A stretch of 64,000 bases of DNA from a virus (lineage: Duplodnaviria; Caudoviricetes): IMG/VR virus record IMGVR_UViG_3300048591_000242, positions 32,001-96,000 of that record. The stretch is one strand, 5' to 3'. Made by a program: the position numbers and the translations under genes. Below are positions 38,887 through 47,377 of the stretch, one piece after another; the stretch's first letter is position 1; each line of letters starts with the position of its first letter. The notes under the pieces were generated by a model. That model had not been told where the DNA came from and made no database searches. It was given only the letters and a program-made list of their open reading frames with translations.

Positions 38887-39735
38887 TTATTTTAAATCAG
38901 CCAGTAGTTTATCTACACTATCATTGAATGCGGTTTGCAGCGTAATGTAGTTAAAGTTAGCTATGGATAACAACTCTAGCTCGTTGGCTATAGCAGTTAC
39001 AGTCTCGGCTAGCTGTTTTATGGTGTGTTTGTTTTGCGTAACTATTTCAGGGTGTTCCTGAGCTGTCTTTACATAGAGGTTTATTGCTGTCTCTAAGTCT
39101 TTTTCTGCCTGGAGTATTTTACTGTAATCTATTTTTTTAGCTACAGACTCACCCTGCTGAACAGCTATACCAGTTTTTAATACATCTTTGTTAGATACAA
39201 ATACTTCTCCGAACTTAACGGTATCTATATCTCTATTTCTATTTACTTTAGGGTCAAAGAAACTAGAGAGTACCTTTACCTCAGACTTAACGTCAATCGG
39301 TTTTAAGTTTTTATCTATCCATAGCTTGGATGAGAAGTCGTTCACGCTAACCGCTTTATTTAGATAAAGGGCCATTGGTATTAAGAGTCTTTTGTCAATA
39401 TCTGACATACGCTCCAGTAGGTCAGATAGGTACGTAGCATAGGGTAGTAGGTTATCAGTAAAACCCACTGGCTGGTACACCAGAATGTTCTCTACGGCTT
39501 TATATTCAGTTTTAGAAAGCACCTTATCTAAATCAGATACCTTCCTAGTTGTCGCAGAAATAGTACCGGATTTAGCAAAGCTGGAAATAGCTTCTACGGT
39601 TTTACCTAAACCCATTCGGCTTACAAAAGAAGACAGAAATTCCGTAAAGGTACTGAAACCTTCCATACCTAATTCTGCCATTAGTGCAGTGTGTTTAAAC
39701 TCATTACTGATAGACTGGATGTGTAGATTTTTCAT
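38887..39735 (-). CDS. Putative internal head/virion protein (282 aa)
   Basis: N-terminal SNE and GME sites match the phiKZ prohead-protease S/A/G-X-E motif; syntenic with UvsX and RNase H. Confidence 0.55.
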   Translation of the reverse strand: MKNLHIQSISNEFKHTALMAELGMEGFSTFTEFLSSFVSRMGLGKTVEAISSFAKSGTISATTRKVSDLDKVLSKTEYKAVENILVYQPVGFTDNLLPYATYLSDLLERMSDIDKRLLIPMALYLNKAVSVNDFSSKLWIDKNLKPIDVKSEVKVLSSFFDPKVNRNRDIDTVKFGEVFVSNKDVLKTGIAVQQGESVAKKIDYSKILQAEKDLETAINLYVKTAQEHPEIVTQNKHTIKQLAETVTAIANELELLSIANFNYITLQTAFNDSVDKLLADLK

Positions 39736-39870
39736 TGTAAATAAACCTTAACGGGTATGGATTAAATTAAACTACCTAGGCAAATATTTTGACACCAGCG
39801 TAGCTTCAGTGTTATATACTATCTGAAAATACTACGCCTAAATAAACAGATATAATAAGGAAGTACTGAT

Positions 39871-41328
39871 ATGAGTTTTTTTGATTTAATGCCTAAGGCT
39901 CCCTCTATAAGACCGGCTTTATCTGTGGGCTGTTTGTTTGATATAGCCACTGGTAGCTACCATAAAGGTAAAGACGGTGAGTCTATTCTAAATGGCGGTG
40001 TGGCGGCAGTAAACTCAGTAGCTGGCCCAGGTAATACCTTTAAGTCAGAAATTACTAACTTTATGTTCTTTACTCCGTTATCCAGATACAGTTGTTCTAA
40101 GGGATTAGTCTACGATACAGAAAACTCTATGACTTATTCCCGATTAAATAGAGCAGCACATACTCAGCCTAATCTCAAAGAATTAGATATATCCGATCCA
40201 GATAATGGCAGAGTATTACTTACTCAATCCGCCGACATACTGGGCGATGAGTATTTTGAGAAAATAAAAGAAATAGCTAATGATCGTAGAAAGAACATTA
40301 ACAAGCTATTAAAGGAAACACCATTTGTAGATGATGCAGGGAAATACATCAAGATAATTGAACCGTTAATGGTGGTTATTGACTCGCTATCAGAGCTTAA
40401 GGTTAAGTCCGTACAGGAGAAGCTGGTTGATAAGAACGCAGTAGGTGAGTCAGGAGCTAATACGCAGTTCATGAAGGACGGCGCCGCTAAAACACAGATG
40501 ATTACTCAGATGCCTAATTTAGCTACCAAGTCGGGTATTTATTTTCATCAAGTAGCGCACATAGGCATGCCGATTGTAATGGATGAGTATGCTCCTAAAG
40601 CACCCAAGCTATCGCACTCTAAGCGCGGTACTAAAACCAAAGGTGTACCTGAGAAATTTGACTTTATCAACAATAACTTATTTGAAATATTTGCAGCTAG
40701 CTTCGCTATGAATAAATCAGATAAAGCCGCTCTATACCCTAAAAGAAATGCCGATAGAGATGCAGAGAACAAAGACCTTATGGTTTTGTATATCGTAAAT
40801 ACCAGAAACAAAGGTGGTCCATCTGGAGTAACCTTCGAGGTATTCATCTCTCAGTCAGAAGGCCTACTGCCTAATCTAACTATGTTCCATTATCTAAAAG
40901 AATCAGGCGGATATGGTTTACACATGGCCGGTAATAATAGCTCATTTGCATCTATATTCTATCCGGATGTAAAGTTCAGTAGAACCACCGTACGAGAGAA
41001 GTTAGACAGTGATTACAAACTCACCCGTGCCATAGAAATAGCTACTCAAATGAGACAGATGGAGATGCTCTGGAGTAACATAGATCCAGATTTACATTGT
41101 CCTCCAGAAGTGCTCTATGAGGATATAAAGAAATTAGGTTATGACTGGGATGTATTACTTGGCTGTACCAGAGGCTATTGGGTATTCATAGAAGATGAAC
41201 CTAAGGTGAGATATCATTTATCTACTATGGACTTACTAAACATGCGCTTAGGTAGATATAAGCCAAAGTGGTATGATGAGGCAGCTAAGAAACATAAGGA
41301 AAACAAACCACAGCGCTGGGAAAAGTAA
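39871..41328 (+). CDS. uvsX: UvsX/RecA-like recombinase (phiKZ gp152-like)
   Basis: Walker A-like GPGNTFKS, Walker B MVVIDSLS, RecA-like core with jumbo-phage extensions. Confidence 0.8.
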   Translation: MSFFDLMPKAPSIRPALSVGCLFDIATGSYHKGKDGESILNGGVAAVNSVAGPGNTFKSEITNFMFFTPLSRYSCSKGLVYDTENSMTYSRLNRAAHTQPNLKELDISDPDNGRVLLTQSADILGDEYFEKIKEIANDRRKNINKLLKETPFVDDAGKYIKIIEPLMVVIDSLSELKVKSVQEKLVDKNAVGESGANTQFMKDGAAKTQMITQMPNLATKSGIYFHQVAHIGMPIVMDEYAPKAPKLSHSKRGTKTKGVPEKFDFINNNLFEIFAASFAMNKSDKAALYPKRNADRDAENKDLMVLYIVNTRNKGGPSGVTFEVFISQSEGLLPNLTMFHYLKESGGYGLHMAGNNSSFASIFYPDVKFSRTTVREKLDSDYKLTRAIEIATQMRQMEMLWSNIDPDLHCPPEVLYEDIKKLGYDWDVLLGCTRGYWVFIEDEPKVRYHLSTMDLLNMRLGRYKPKWYDEAAKKHKENKPQRWEK

Positions 41329-41370
41329 ATCCTATACATTGACACTAAAAATCCATAGAGGTATATAGTC

Positions 41371-41739
41371 GTGGATAATAACATTTTTTTAACCATCCAT
41401 CTTCTACTAATGGAGGAAGTGGATGGCCCGGCTGCAGATTTATTCTGTCAGCATATAGCCGGTACTGTAGGTGACTTAGAATCAGTCAATAGCCGCTACA
41501 GTCAGGCTACCCAAATACACTGGATGGCTAGTTACTGGTTAATGCAATTGTCCGTACTAAACGTCAGTACGTATGTTAGGTTTAATGCGAACAATTTACT
41601 TATTTGTTCTAACATAAATGACTTTGTTGTAGTCTTTAAAACTACTATCCTACCGTTGTTTCAGGAGTATCCAAATCTACCGGAGCTATCGTTACCGGTA
41701 CAACCTTTAGAGGTATACAGTCATGGCGAAAAACCGTAA
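41371..41739 (+). CDS. Hypothetical protein (122 aa)
   Basis: GAGG RBS; fills the gap between core genes. Confidence 0.55.
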   Translation: MDNNIFLTIHLLLMEEVDGPAADLFCQHIAGTVGDLESVNSRYSQATQIHWMASYWLMQLSVLNVSTYVRFNANNLLICSNINDFVVVFKTTILPLFQEYPNLPELSLPVQPLEVYSHGEKP

Positions 41740-42400
41740 GGAAGCAGAGAAATTACTATTGTCTCTTATAGAGGAAATAGAGGGAGGTACAGTAAATAGT
41801 AGCTTATACAAGACTTTATTTGAAGGTATGTCTGATACTGAATTCGATAGCTTTGTATCACAGGTAGAAGCTAAGGAAGTACATATATCCATTATTGTAC
41901 CAAATACTAGTAAAATCGTTTTAGATGTAGAACGTTCCATGAAGGTAGGGGAGAAGTTAGGTGTAAAGTTTTTTCAAAGACTTATACTAACAGATCCTCT
42001 TACTGGTGTAGAAACCAAGACACCTATGGAGTATTTAGTTATGCATATGCCGGTTAGAAGACAGAGCCAGCATTTGATCAAAAAACAATCTATTCCTAAA
42101 AGTAGTAAAGTAATAGATCATCTAAGTGGTCAGGTTACCGGGGATAGTAAAGGCGGTAAAATATCACTGCCGGAGTTATTGGTTATGGAGTCTAAGGATT
42201 TAACCGATAACCTTTTAGAACTCATTAAGGTAAGAGGTGGTGACGATAAAGCCTATAAGGGCATGTTGGAACAGATAGAGGCCACCGGCTCATTTAGCAT
42301 AGCTCCTTTATTAGAGTTAAACTCAAAGCCTACCTCTACGGAAACACTAATGGCATATCTATTGGCCGGTCACTTATCAAACACAATGGGTAAGCAGTGA
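41723..42400 (+). CDS. Virion RNA polymerase beta subunit, C-terminal piece (phiKZ gp149-like)
   Basis: RRQSQHL.KK.S, GQVTGDSKGGKISLPE, ELIKVRGGD align with the RNAP beta C-terminus. Confidence 0.8.
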   Translation: MAKNRKEAEKLLLSLIEEIEGGTVNSSLYKTLFEGMSDTEFDSFVSQVEAKEVHISIIVPNTSKIVLDVERSMKVGEKLGVKFFQRLILTDPLTGVETKTPMEYLVMHMPVRRQSQHLIKKQSIPKSSKVIDHLSGQVTGDSKGGKISLPELLVMESKDLTDNLLELIKVRGGDDKAYKGMLEQIEATGSFSIAPLLELNSKPTSTETLMAYLLAGHLSNTMGKQ

Positions 42401-42837
42401 TGCAAAATAATACTCCAATTTTAAATGAAGTAATGCAGCAGCTATATGAAATATGTAAGGTAATGGCCAGATATAAAGCTGCTAATGGTAAAGTATCTAT
42501 AGATGATATTTTATCTAAAGCTTTTACTTGGCCGGTAATAGACTCTATCGTGGGTGATAAGGATAGTCGTGATGTTTTTATTGCTTCAGTAGATGATAAT
42601 CTAGATACGGCATTAAAGGTTATTTATAGCAGAGTAACCACACTGTCATATCCAGAGGTAGCTAAGGTAATAACTGATGAATTAACTGCCTTTTCTGGTA
42701 AGTTCTATAATGATGGTAACTCATCTGAAATTACCAGATTTTACAAGGACTACCCTCATTACCTTATATTACGGTTAATGGAACAGTTTACTGTGGACCA
42801 GTTAATAGGTATAGGTGCCGTAGGCGTAACCCAATAG
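42397..42837 (+). CDS. Conserved hypothetical protein (146 aa)
   Basis: Translationally coupled ORF in the core block. Confidence 0.6.
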   Translation: MMQNNTPILNEVMQQLYEICKVMARYKAANGKVSIDDILSKAFTWPVIDSIVGDKDSRDVFIASVDDNLDTALKVIYSRVTTLSYPEVAKVITDELTAFSGKFYNDGNSSEITRFYKDYPHYLILRLMEQFTVDQLIGIGAVGVTQ

Positions 42838-42850
42838 CTAGGAGTCAATT

Positions 42851-43549
42851 ATGCATACACAAAAGCATAAGGTATTTGTGGGATTAGACTGTCTTATGGA
42901 TACTAGACTTGCGGCTTTGGGTAGATACTCCCCAAAGATAGCGGAGGAGTTACTTCTATCCGGTAAATACCATACTAGAAAACACAATAGGTTCGATAAG
43001 TATATAGAGTCTGTGGATCAAAGGGCAGTAGATGACATATACAAAAACCGTGATGTTACTTTACTACAGGAATCCGTTATAACTCCTATAGTACTTATGT
43101 TATCCGATATGGCGGATAGATATAAAGAAGTATCCGCAGGGCATCCAGTACCTATGGTTATGTCTTTAATAGTAAACACTAACCCATATGTTTTAGATAA
43201 AGAACTAACTGAAACATTTCGTGAAGTACTACTAGATGCCATAGGGGCTGAATCCGTTAAATTCTGTAATTTACCTATAGAGCTTATGACGCCTTCCTAT
43301 CTATCTAGTTACGATACAGTAGTTTGGAATGAACTGGATGCGTGGGTTACATTACATCACAAGGAGTTAGCTACTAAGAAAATGGCTGAGGTTACTATGT
43401 ATTGCCCAGAGATACATGTTAATCCAGATGTAGATACATCAGGCGTACATCCTTTAGCTCCAGCTAATGAACTTAGAATGCTACTCATCGAGTATGTGGG
43501 TTTTGAGATTCTACCCTTAGAGCTATATAGTGCCGTAAGACCGACATAA
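42851..43549 (+). CDS. Conserved jumbo-phage hypothetical protein (232 aa)
   Basis: GGAG RBS; FVGLDCLMDTRL N-terminal motif. Confidence 0.6.
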   Translation: MHTQKHKVFVGLDCLMDTRLAALGRYSPKIAEELLLSGKYHTRKHNRFDKYIESVDQRAVDDIYKNRDVTLLQESVITPIVLMLSDMADRYKEVSAGHPVPMVMSLIVNTNPYVLDKELTETFREVLLDAIGAESVKFCNLPIELMTPSYLSSYDTVVWNELDAWVTLHHKELATKKMAEVTMYCPEIHVNPDVDTSGVHPLAPANELRMLLIEYVGFEILPLELYSAVRPT

Positions 43550-43590
43550 GTATATACCCAGTCACCGATCTGGTGACTGGGTAATATGTC
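43543..43590. terminator. Hairpin between convergent genes, flanked by GACATA/TATGTC
   Basis: TACCCAGTCACC-GATCT-GGTGACTGGGTA-A-TATGTC. Confidence 0.6.
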
Positions 43591-43591
43591 G

Positions 43592-43987
43592 CTACTCTAC
43601 ATCGTTGTAGAGTTCTTTGTATGTAAGCGTAGATAACTCCGTAGAGGTTTCTCCCTCTATTAGTTCTATGTCTGGTAGCTCTTCTTCGGTTAATGTAGTC
43701 TGTTTATTCTCTAGTGTCTCACCGGAAGCATCTGTTGCAAATGGGTTACTTACTGCCTGACATACCAAGTTAGACAATACAGAAGCCAACTCTCGTTGCG
43801 CTTTTACGCCGTTGGACTCTACCTTAAGTTTGTTTTCATCCATAGCTGTTTTTGCTATAGCGGTAAGCATAAGTGCCTGGTCTTTATCTATGGTATTGCC
43901 ATTTAAGATAGTTTCCATGCGGCGCTGCTGAACAAACCTAATTAATTCAGTAGGGTCGGTAATAATGTTGTTGTTCGGGATTTCCAC
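43592..43987 (-). CDS. Hypothetical protein, acidic C-terminus (131 aa)
   Basis: GTG start behind GGAGGG. Confidence 0.6.
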   Translation of the reverse strand: MEIPNNNIITDPTELIRFVQQRRMETILNGNTIDKDQALMLTAIAKTAMDENKLKVESNGVKAQRELASVLSNLVCQAVSNPFATDASGETLENKQTTLTEEELPDIELIEGETSTELSTLTYKELYNDVE

Positions 43988-44067
43988 AATATCAGCCCTC
44001 CTGTTCGATAAAATAATGTTATGATATTGTACTGCGGTAGTATATACTATTGCATATATATTTTAGG

Positions 44068-44077
44068 TATATATTAC
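44068..44077 (+). promoter_or_regulatory. Early promoter motif TATATATTAC
   Basis: Intergenic, 36 nt upstream of 44114. Confidence 0.7.
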
Positions 44078-44113
44078 TCTACTGAGTACATAACCGTTTA
44101 TGGGCGTTAATAA

Positions 44114-44620
44114 ATGTTAAAAATTATAGCTAAGTTAAACAGAAAATATAAGCTTTATAAGTTAAGGGAGCAGTATGGATCAGAGAATACCTCTACCGTA
44201 AAAACGGTATCTGAGTACTTAAAACTACTATCCAATGAAGTAGTATCAGTCACTGACTATAATAAACTGAAGGAGTTACATGTATACACCAATCTTCCAG
44301 AAGTATTCTTTATCTATACTTTACTAAATCAGGTTATAGATAGTTATACTGAAACTGGAGTAGTCAAGTACAATAGTAGACTGTTAGCTGATGTACCTGA
44401 TTACTGCTGTGCTATGGATTGGTATTGGAAGTCTATACATAAGAAAGGCATATCTCCTGTGGAGTTTCTAGTTATACTAGGTACTACAGTAGATAAGATT
44501 TTGTTATTAATAGAGAAAGAGGAGGACTTAACTAGGGTGAAGTATATACACAGATGTGTAAACCCTATATTAGAAAACGTCGTATCTATGGCTGACATAA
44601 TTGAGTCAGTTAATAGCTAA
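44114..44620 (+). CDS. Hypothetical protein (168 aa)
   Basis: Full ORF downstream of an early promoter. Confidence 0.6.
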   Translation: MLKIIAKLNRKYKLYKLREQYGSENTSTVKTVSEYLKLLSNEVVSVTDYNKLKELHVYTNLPEVFFIYTLLNQVIDSYTETGVVKYNSRLLADVPDYCCAMDWYWKSIHKKGISPVEFLVILGTTVDKILLLIEKEEDLTRVKYIHRCVNPILENVVSMADIIESVNS

Positions 44621-44679
44621 CCACAATTAACGGTGATCTTGCTCTCCGAAATACAGGAGCTGTAAGTTAGGAGCCTATA

Positions 44680-45354
44680 ATGAGTATTAAGAAGATTAAA
44701 AACAAAAGCCCCATGCATGAAATACTGAATGAGGTTAATTCTGGAGTAAACTCTGCTAACGGAGTATTAGCCAGGCTTTGGAGAATAATTCTAAAGCGAA
44801 AGAATATGCAGGGGCATCAGTGGGAGAGGCTATTGGAGAGATGGCGAGTTACCTCAGTAGCTATACATGGGGAGAGAGATATTTCCTTTAAGAAGAATAA
44901 CCTTGTAAAGGCACTAGCTGCGCCCTCTATGACCTGGAAAACCTTTATACAAGGATTACAGGTACTGAATGCCACTAACCGGTACAAATGCATACGCTTT
45001 GAGATACATTTTGTACCCAATCGCGGAGATGTGGAAATAGTTGGAATTAATGTTATAGATAGAAGCACAGACCGAGCCCTGCATATGGACAATATACATG
45101 TGAACAGTCTGATGCCTGGGGATAGATTAGAGCATGGTAAATACTATCAATTGGCTTCATTTGACAATGGCATGTTTAATGGCTCTGTATTTAAATACAA
45201 GGGTGCTGAACCAGCTATTGCCTTTGGTGATATGTTTAACGGTTTTACTACTATCGGTTCTATGGTATTAATGGCTAACGGCATGGAGTCTACTGACTGG
45301 GTAGTACAGAGTCCACCAGCTATGCTATCGGAGGGTGACAGCGATGAAGATTAG
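44680..45354 (+). CDS. Hypothetical protein, probably two-domain (224 aa)
   Basis: AGGAG RBS; GVLARLWRIIL...MTWKTF..GL N-domain typical of phiKZ-like hypotheticals. Confidence 0.6.
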   Translation: MSIKKIKNKSPMHEILNEVNSGVNSANGVLARLWRIILKRKNMQGHQWERLLERWRVTSVAIHGERDISFKKNNLVKALAAPSMTWKTFIQGLQVLNATNRYKCIRFEIHFVPNRGDVEIVGINVIDRSTDRALHMDNIHVNSLMPGDRLEHGKYYQLASFDNGMFNGSVFKYKGAEPAIAFGDMFNGFTTIGSMVLMANGMESTDWVVQSPPAMLSEGDSDED

Positions 45355-45673
45355 TATGAAAAAGTCAATACATATGTATCGGCAGTTTACAAGGGCTATG
45401 GGCTATGAGATACCTACGAATGAAATAGGGTATGGTAGGCTAACGGATATATCTGCAGTGTTCTCGGGGGATGACATTTTAGTTATGTTAACTATTGAGG
45501 ATGGTTCTGTACAGTATGTGGAGTTAGACGATGTAGCCATTTTGCCTTTAGTGGGGGATTATATTACGTTCGATTTAGCTGGAGAAGCGCTACCTATGTG
45601 GGTAGCTCCAGTAGAGTTAGTGAGACTACCACTACCACATGAACTAAAAGCAATGCAATGCATTGTTCACTAG
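45344..45673 (+). CDS. Hypothetical protein (109 aa)
   Basis: ATG behind GGAGGG; overlaps the previous stop. Confidence 0.55.
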   Translation: MKISMKKSIHMYRQFTRAMGYEIPTNEIGYGRLTDISAVFSGDDILVMLTIEDGSVQYVELDDVAILPLVGDYITFDLAGEALPMWVAPVELVRLPLPHELKAMQCIVH

Positions 45674-45682
45674 GAGAGCTAT

Positions 45683-46150
45683 ATGAATAGAATTTATGGC
45701 GACCTATTGGATGAAGCAGAAACTGGACTATATGGCGCAGTATTACAAGGATGTAATTGCTTTAATACCATGGGTGCATTTCTAGCATTACAAATTAAAA
45801 ACAGATGGCCGGAGGTATATGCCGCTGACCTTAGAACTGTAAAGGGAGATATACACAAACTGGGTACATATACCAGTGCGGTAGTAGAAAGGCGCAATGC
45901 CAGATTCACTGTATATAACTTATATACCCAGTATCGGTATGGCTCCCCTAGAGAAAGACATTTTAATCCGGATGCCCTACGTATGGCACTTATGCGACTA
46001 CGAAATGAGCTGTCTCCGGATACCAGAATACTTTCCCCATTAATAGGTACAGGTGGTGGTGGCTATCGCTGGCGACATGTGTCTAAGATATTTGATGAAG
46101 AGTTACCTGGATGGGATATAACCTTTATATCCTTACCGGATAGTTTTTAA
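45683..46150 (+). CDS. Macrodomain (Poa1p/TARG1/DarG-like) ADP-ribose-processing protein
   Basis: GDLL, GCNCFNTMGA.LA..IK.RWP, VYNLYTQ, P.IGTG.GG..W motifs. Confidence 0.8.
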   Translation: MNRIYGDLLDEAETGLYGAVLQGCNCFNTMGAFLALQIKNRWPEVYAADLRTVKGDIHKLGTYTSAVVERRNARFTVYNLYTQYRYGSPRERHFNPDALRMALMRLRNELSPDTRILSPLIGTGGGGYRWRHVSKIFDEELPGWDITFISLPDSF

Positions 46151-46166
46151 TCTATATACCTCTATG

Positions 46167-46194
46167 TCTCTCTGGGCTATATAGCCCAGAGAGA
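46167..46194. other. Perfect 28-bp palindrome (TCTCTCTGGGCTATATAGCCCAGAGAGA)
   Basis: Self-complementary intergenic sequence between the macrodomain gene and the 370-aa gene. Confidence 0.55.
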
Positions 46195-46218
46195 TTATAT
46201 AGCCCCCTATTCTTTTTA

Positions 46219-47331
46219 TTGAGGTTTATCATGAGATCACCTTTAAAACCTTCTGTGTTTAGTACAGCTCCAGAGGATGTATCTGAAGTAGTAGACGTAT
46301 ATTCCAGCAATGAGGTAAAAGAAGCTTCAGTGCCTAATACGGTAAAAGCTTTACAGACTAAGAGGAATGAAGACCTACCTACCTCACCAAGTAAAACCAG
46401 TAAAGCAGTAGAAAAAGAAGCTGTAGCTATACATACCAAAAAGATACTGTCTTCTAACCTATCTCCTAATGAGAAGGTACAACATTTAGATGAAAAGGCA
46501 AAGATTTCAGACTATTTAGCTACTGGAGCCAGTTCTAATAAAATAGTAAATATGTTAGATACTCCTCTGCCTAAAAATATAGAGCCCTACGACTTTTTAA
46601 AGAGGGTCGGTAGTAACTCCTTCATAGATGTCAAAAACAGCTTAGCGGCCACCTCAGGGGGCTTGCTGGGCGAGGATTACTCAGAGCTTATGCCCGCTGA
46701 CCTAACTACCTATATGGATCAAGCTTTAGCCTTTATGGATTTAGCCGAATTAAATCACCTATTGTGTCCAGGGGAACTACTTACCGGCAACCATATATCT
46801 ACCGCTTTACGCACTGGAAAAGGCATGATAGATATACGTAAGTACATAGGCTGTAACAAAGGTAAGCCCACAATAGACTTTACCGGCATACAGAGTGAAT
46901 ATTTACCTACAGCGGTACGCTCCCATGTAAATGCTGCTGCCGACGTAGGTGCCTACGACGTTATGGTGGATGTACTAAACGATACTCAGGAAGTGGCACA
47001 CACTGCTGCCTATAAAAAGGAAGTAACGGATAAACTATTATCCAACTACAAGCATAAACCAAAAACTTCTCAAAGTGATCACGCTAATAACGGTACTGAC
47101 TTTGTAGATGCATTGCTTACTATGGATGATAGCTGGGGTAGCTACAATAGAGACGGCTCTACAGTAAGCGATATCTCAGTGTTCTCTAAGGCCTCTCCAG
47201 ATGCTCTAGATGTATTAGCGGCAGACCCTAGAACGTCACAGGATGCTTTAATAGCTAAAGATATTTCTGTAAAGAAAACTAGTTATAAGGAACATGCTTC
47301 TAATACCTATCCTCTATTAAAAACAGCATAA
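46219..47331 (+). CDS. Putative virion structural protein (370 aa)
   Basis: Long ORF convergent with tail genes; low-complexity N-terminus. Confidence 0.5.
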   Translation: MRFIMRSPLKPSVFSTAPEDVSEVVDVYSSNEVKEASVPNTVKALQTKRNEDLPTSPSKTSKAVEKEAVAIHTKKILSSNLSPNEKVQHLDEKAKISDYLATGASSNKIVNMLDTPLPKNIEPYDFLKRVGSNSFIDVKNSLAATSGGLLGEDYSELMPADLTTYMDQALAFMDLAELNHLLCPGELLTGNHISTALRTGKGMIDIRKYIGCNKGKPTIDFTGIQSEYLPTAVRSHVNAAADVGAYDVMVDVLNDTQEVAHTAAYKKEVTDKLLSNYKHKPKTSQSDHANNGTDFVDALLTMDDSWGSYNRDGSTVSDISVFSKASPDALDVLAADPRTSQDALIAKDISVKKTSYKEHASNTYPLLKTA

Positions 47332-47332
47332 A

Positions 47333-47373
47333 GCATACTCTAGTACACCACATGGTGTACTAGAGCGTTATGC
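47333..47373. terminator. Bidirectional hairpin between convergent genes, flanked by GCATA/TATGC
   Basis: GCATA-CTCTAGTACACC-ACAT-GGTGTACTAGAG-CGT-TATGC. Confidence 0.6.
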
Positions 47374-47377
47374 CGCA

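Noticed and set aside
42851-43549. HAD-family phosphatase call
   Set aside because: Only a weak resemblance (LDCLMDT) to the DxD motif; other HAD motifs not recognisable
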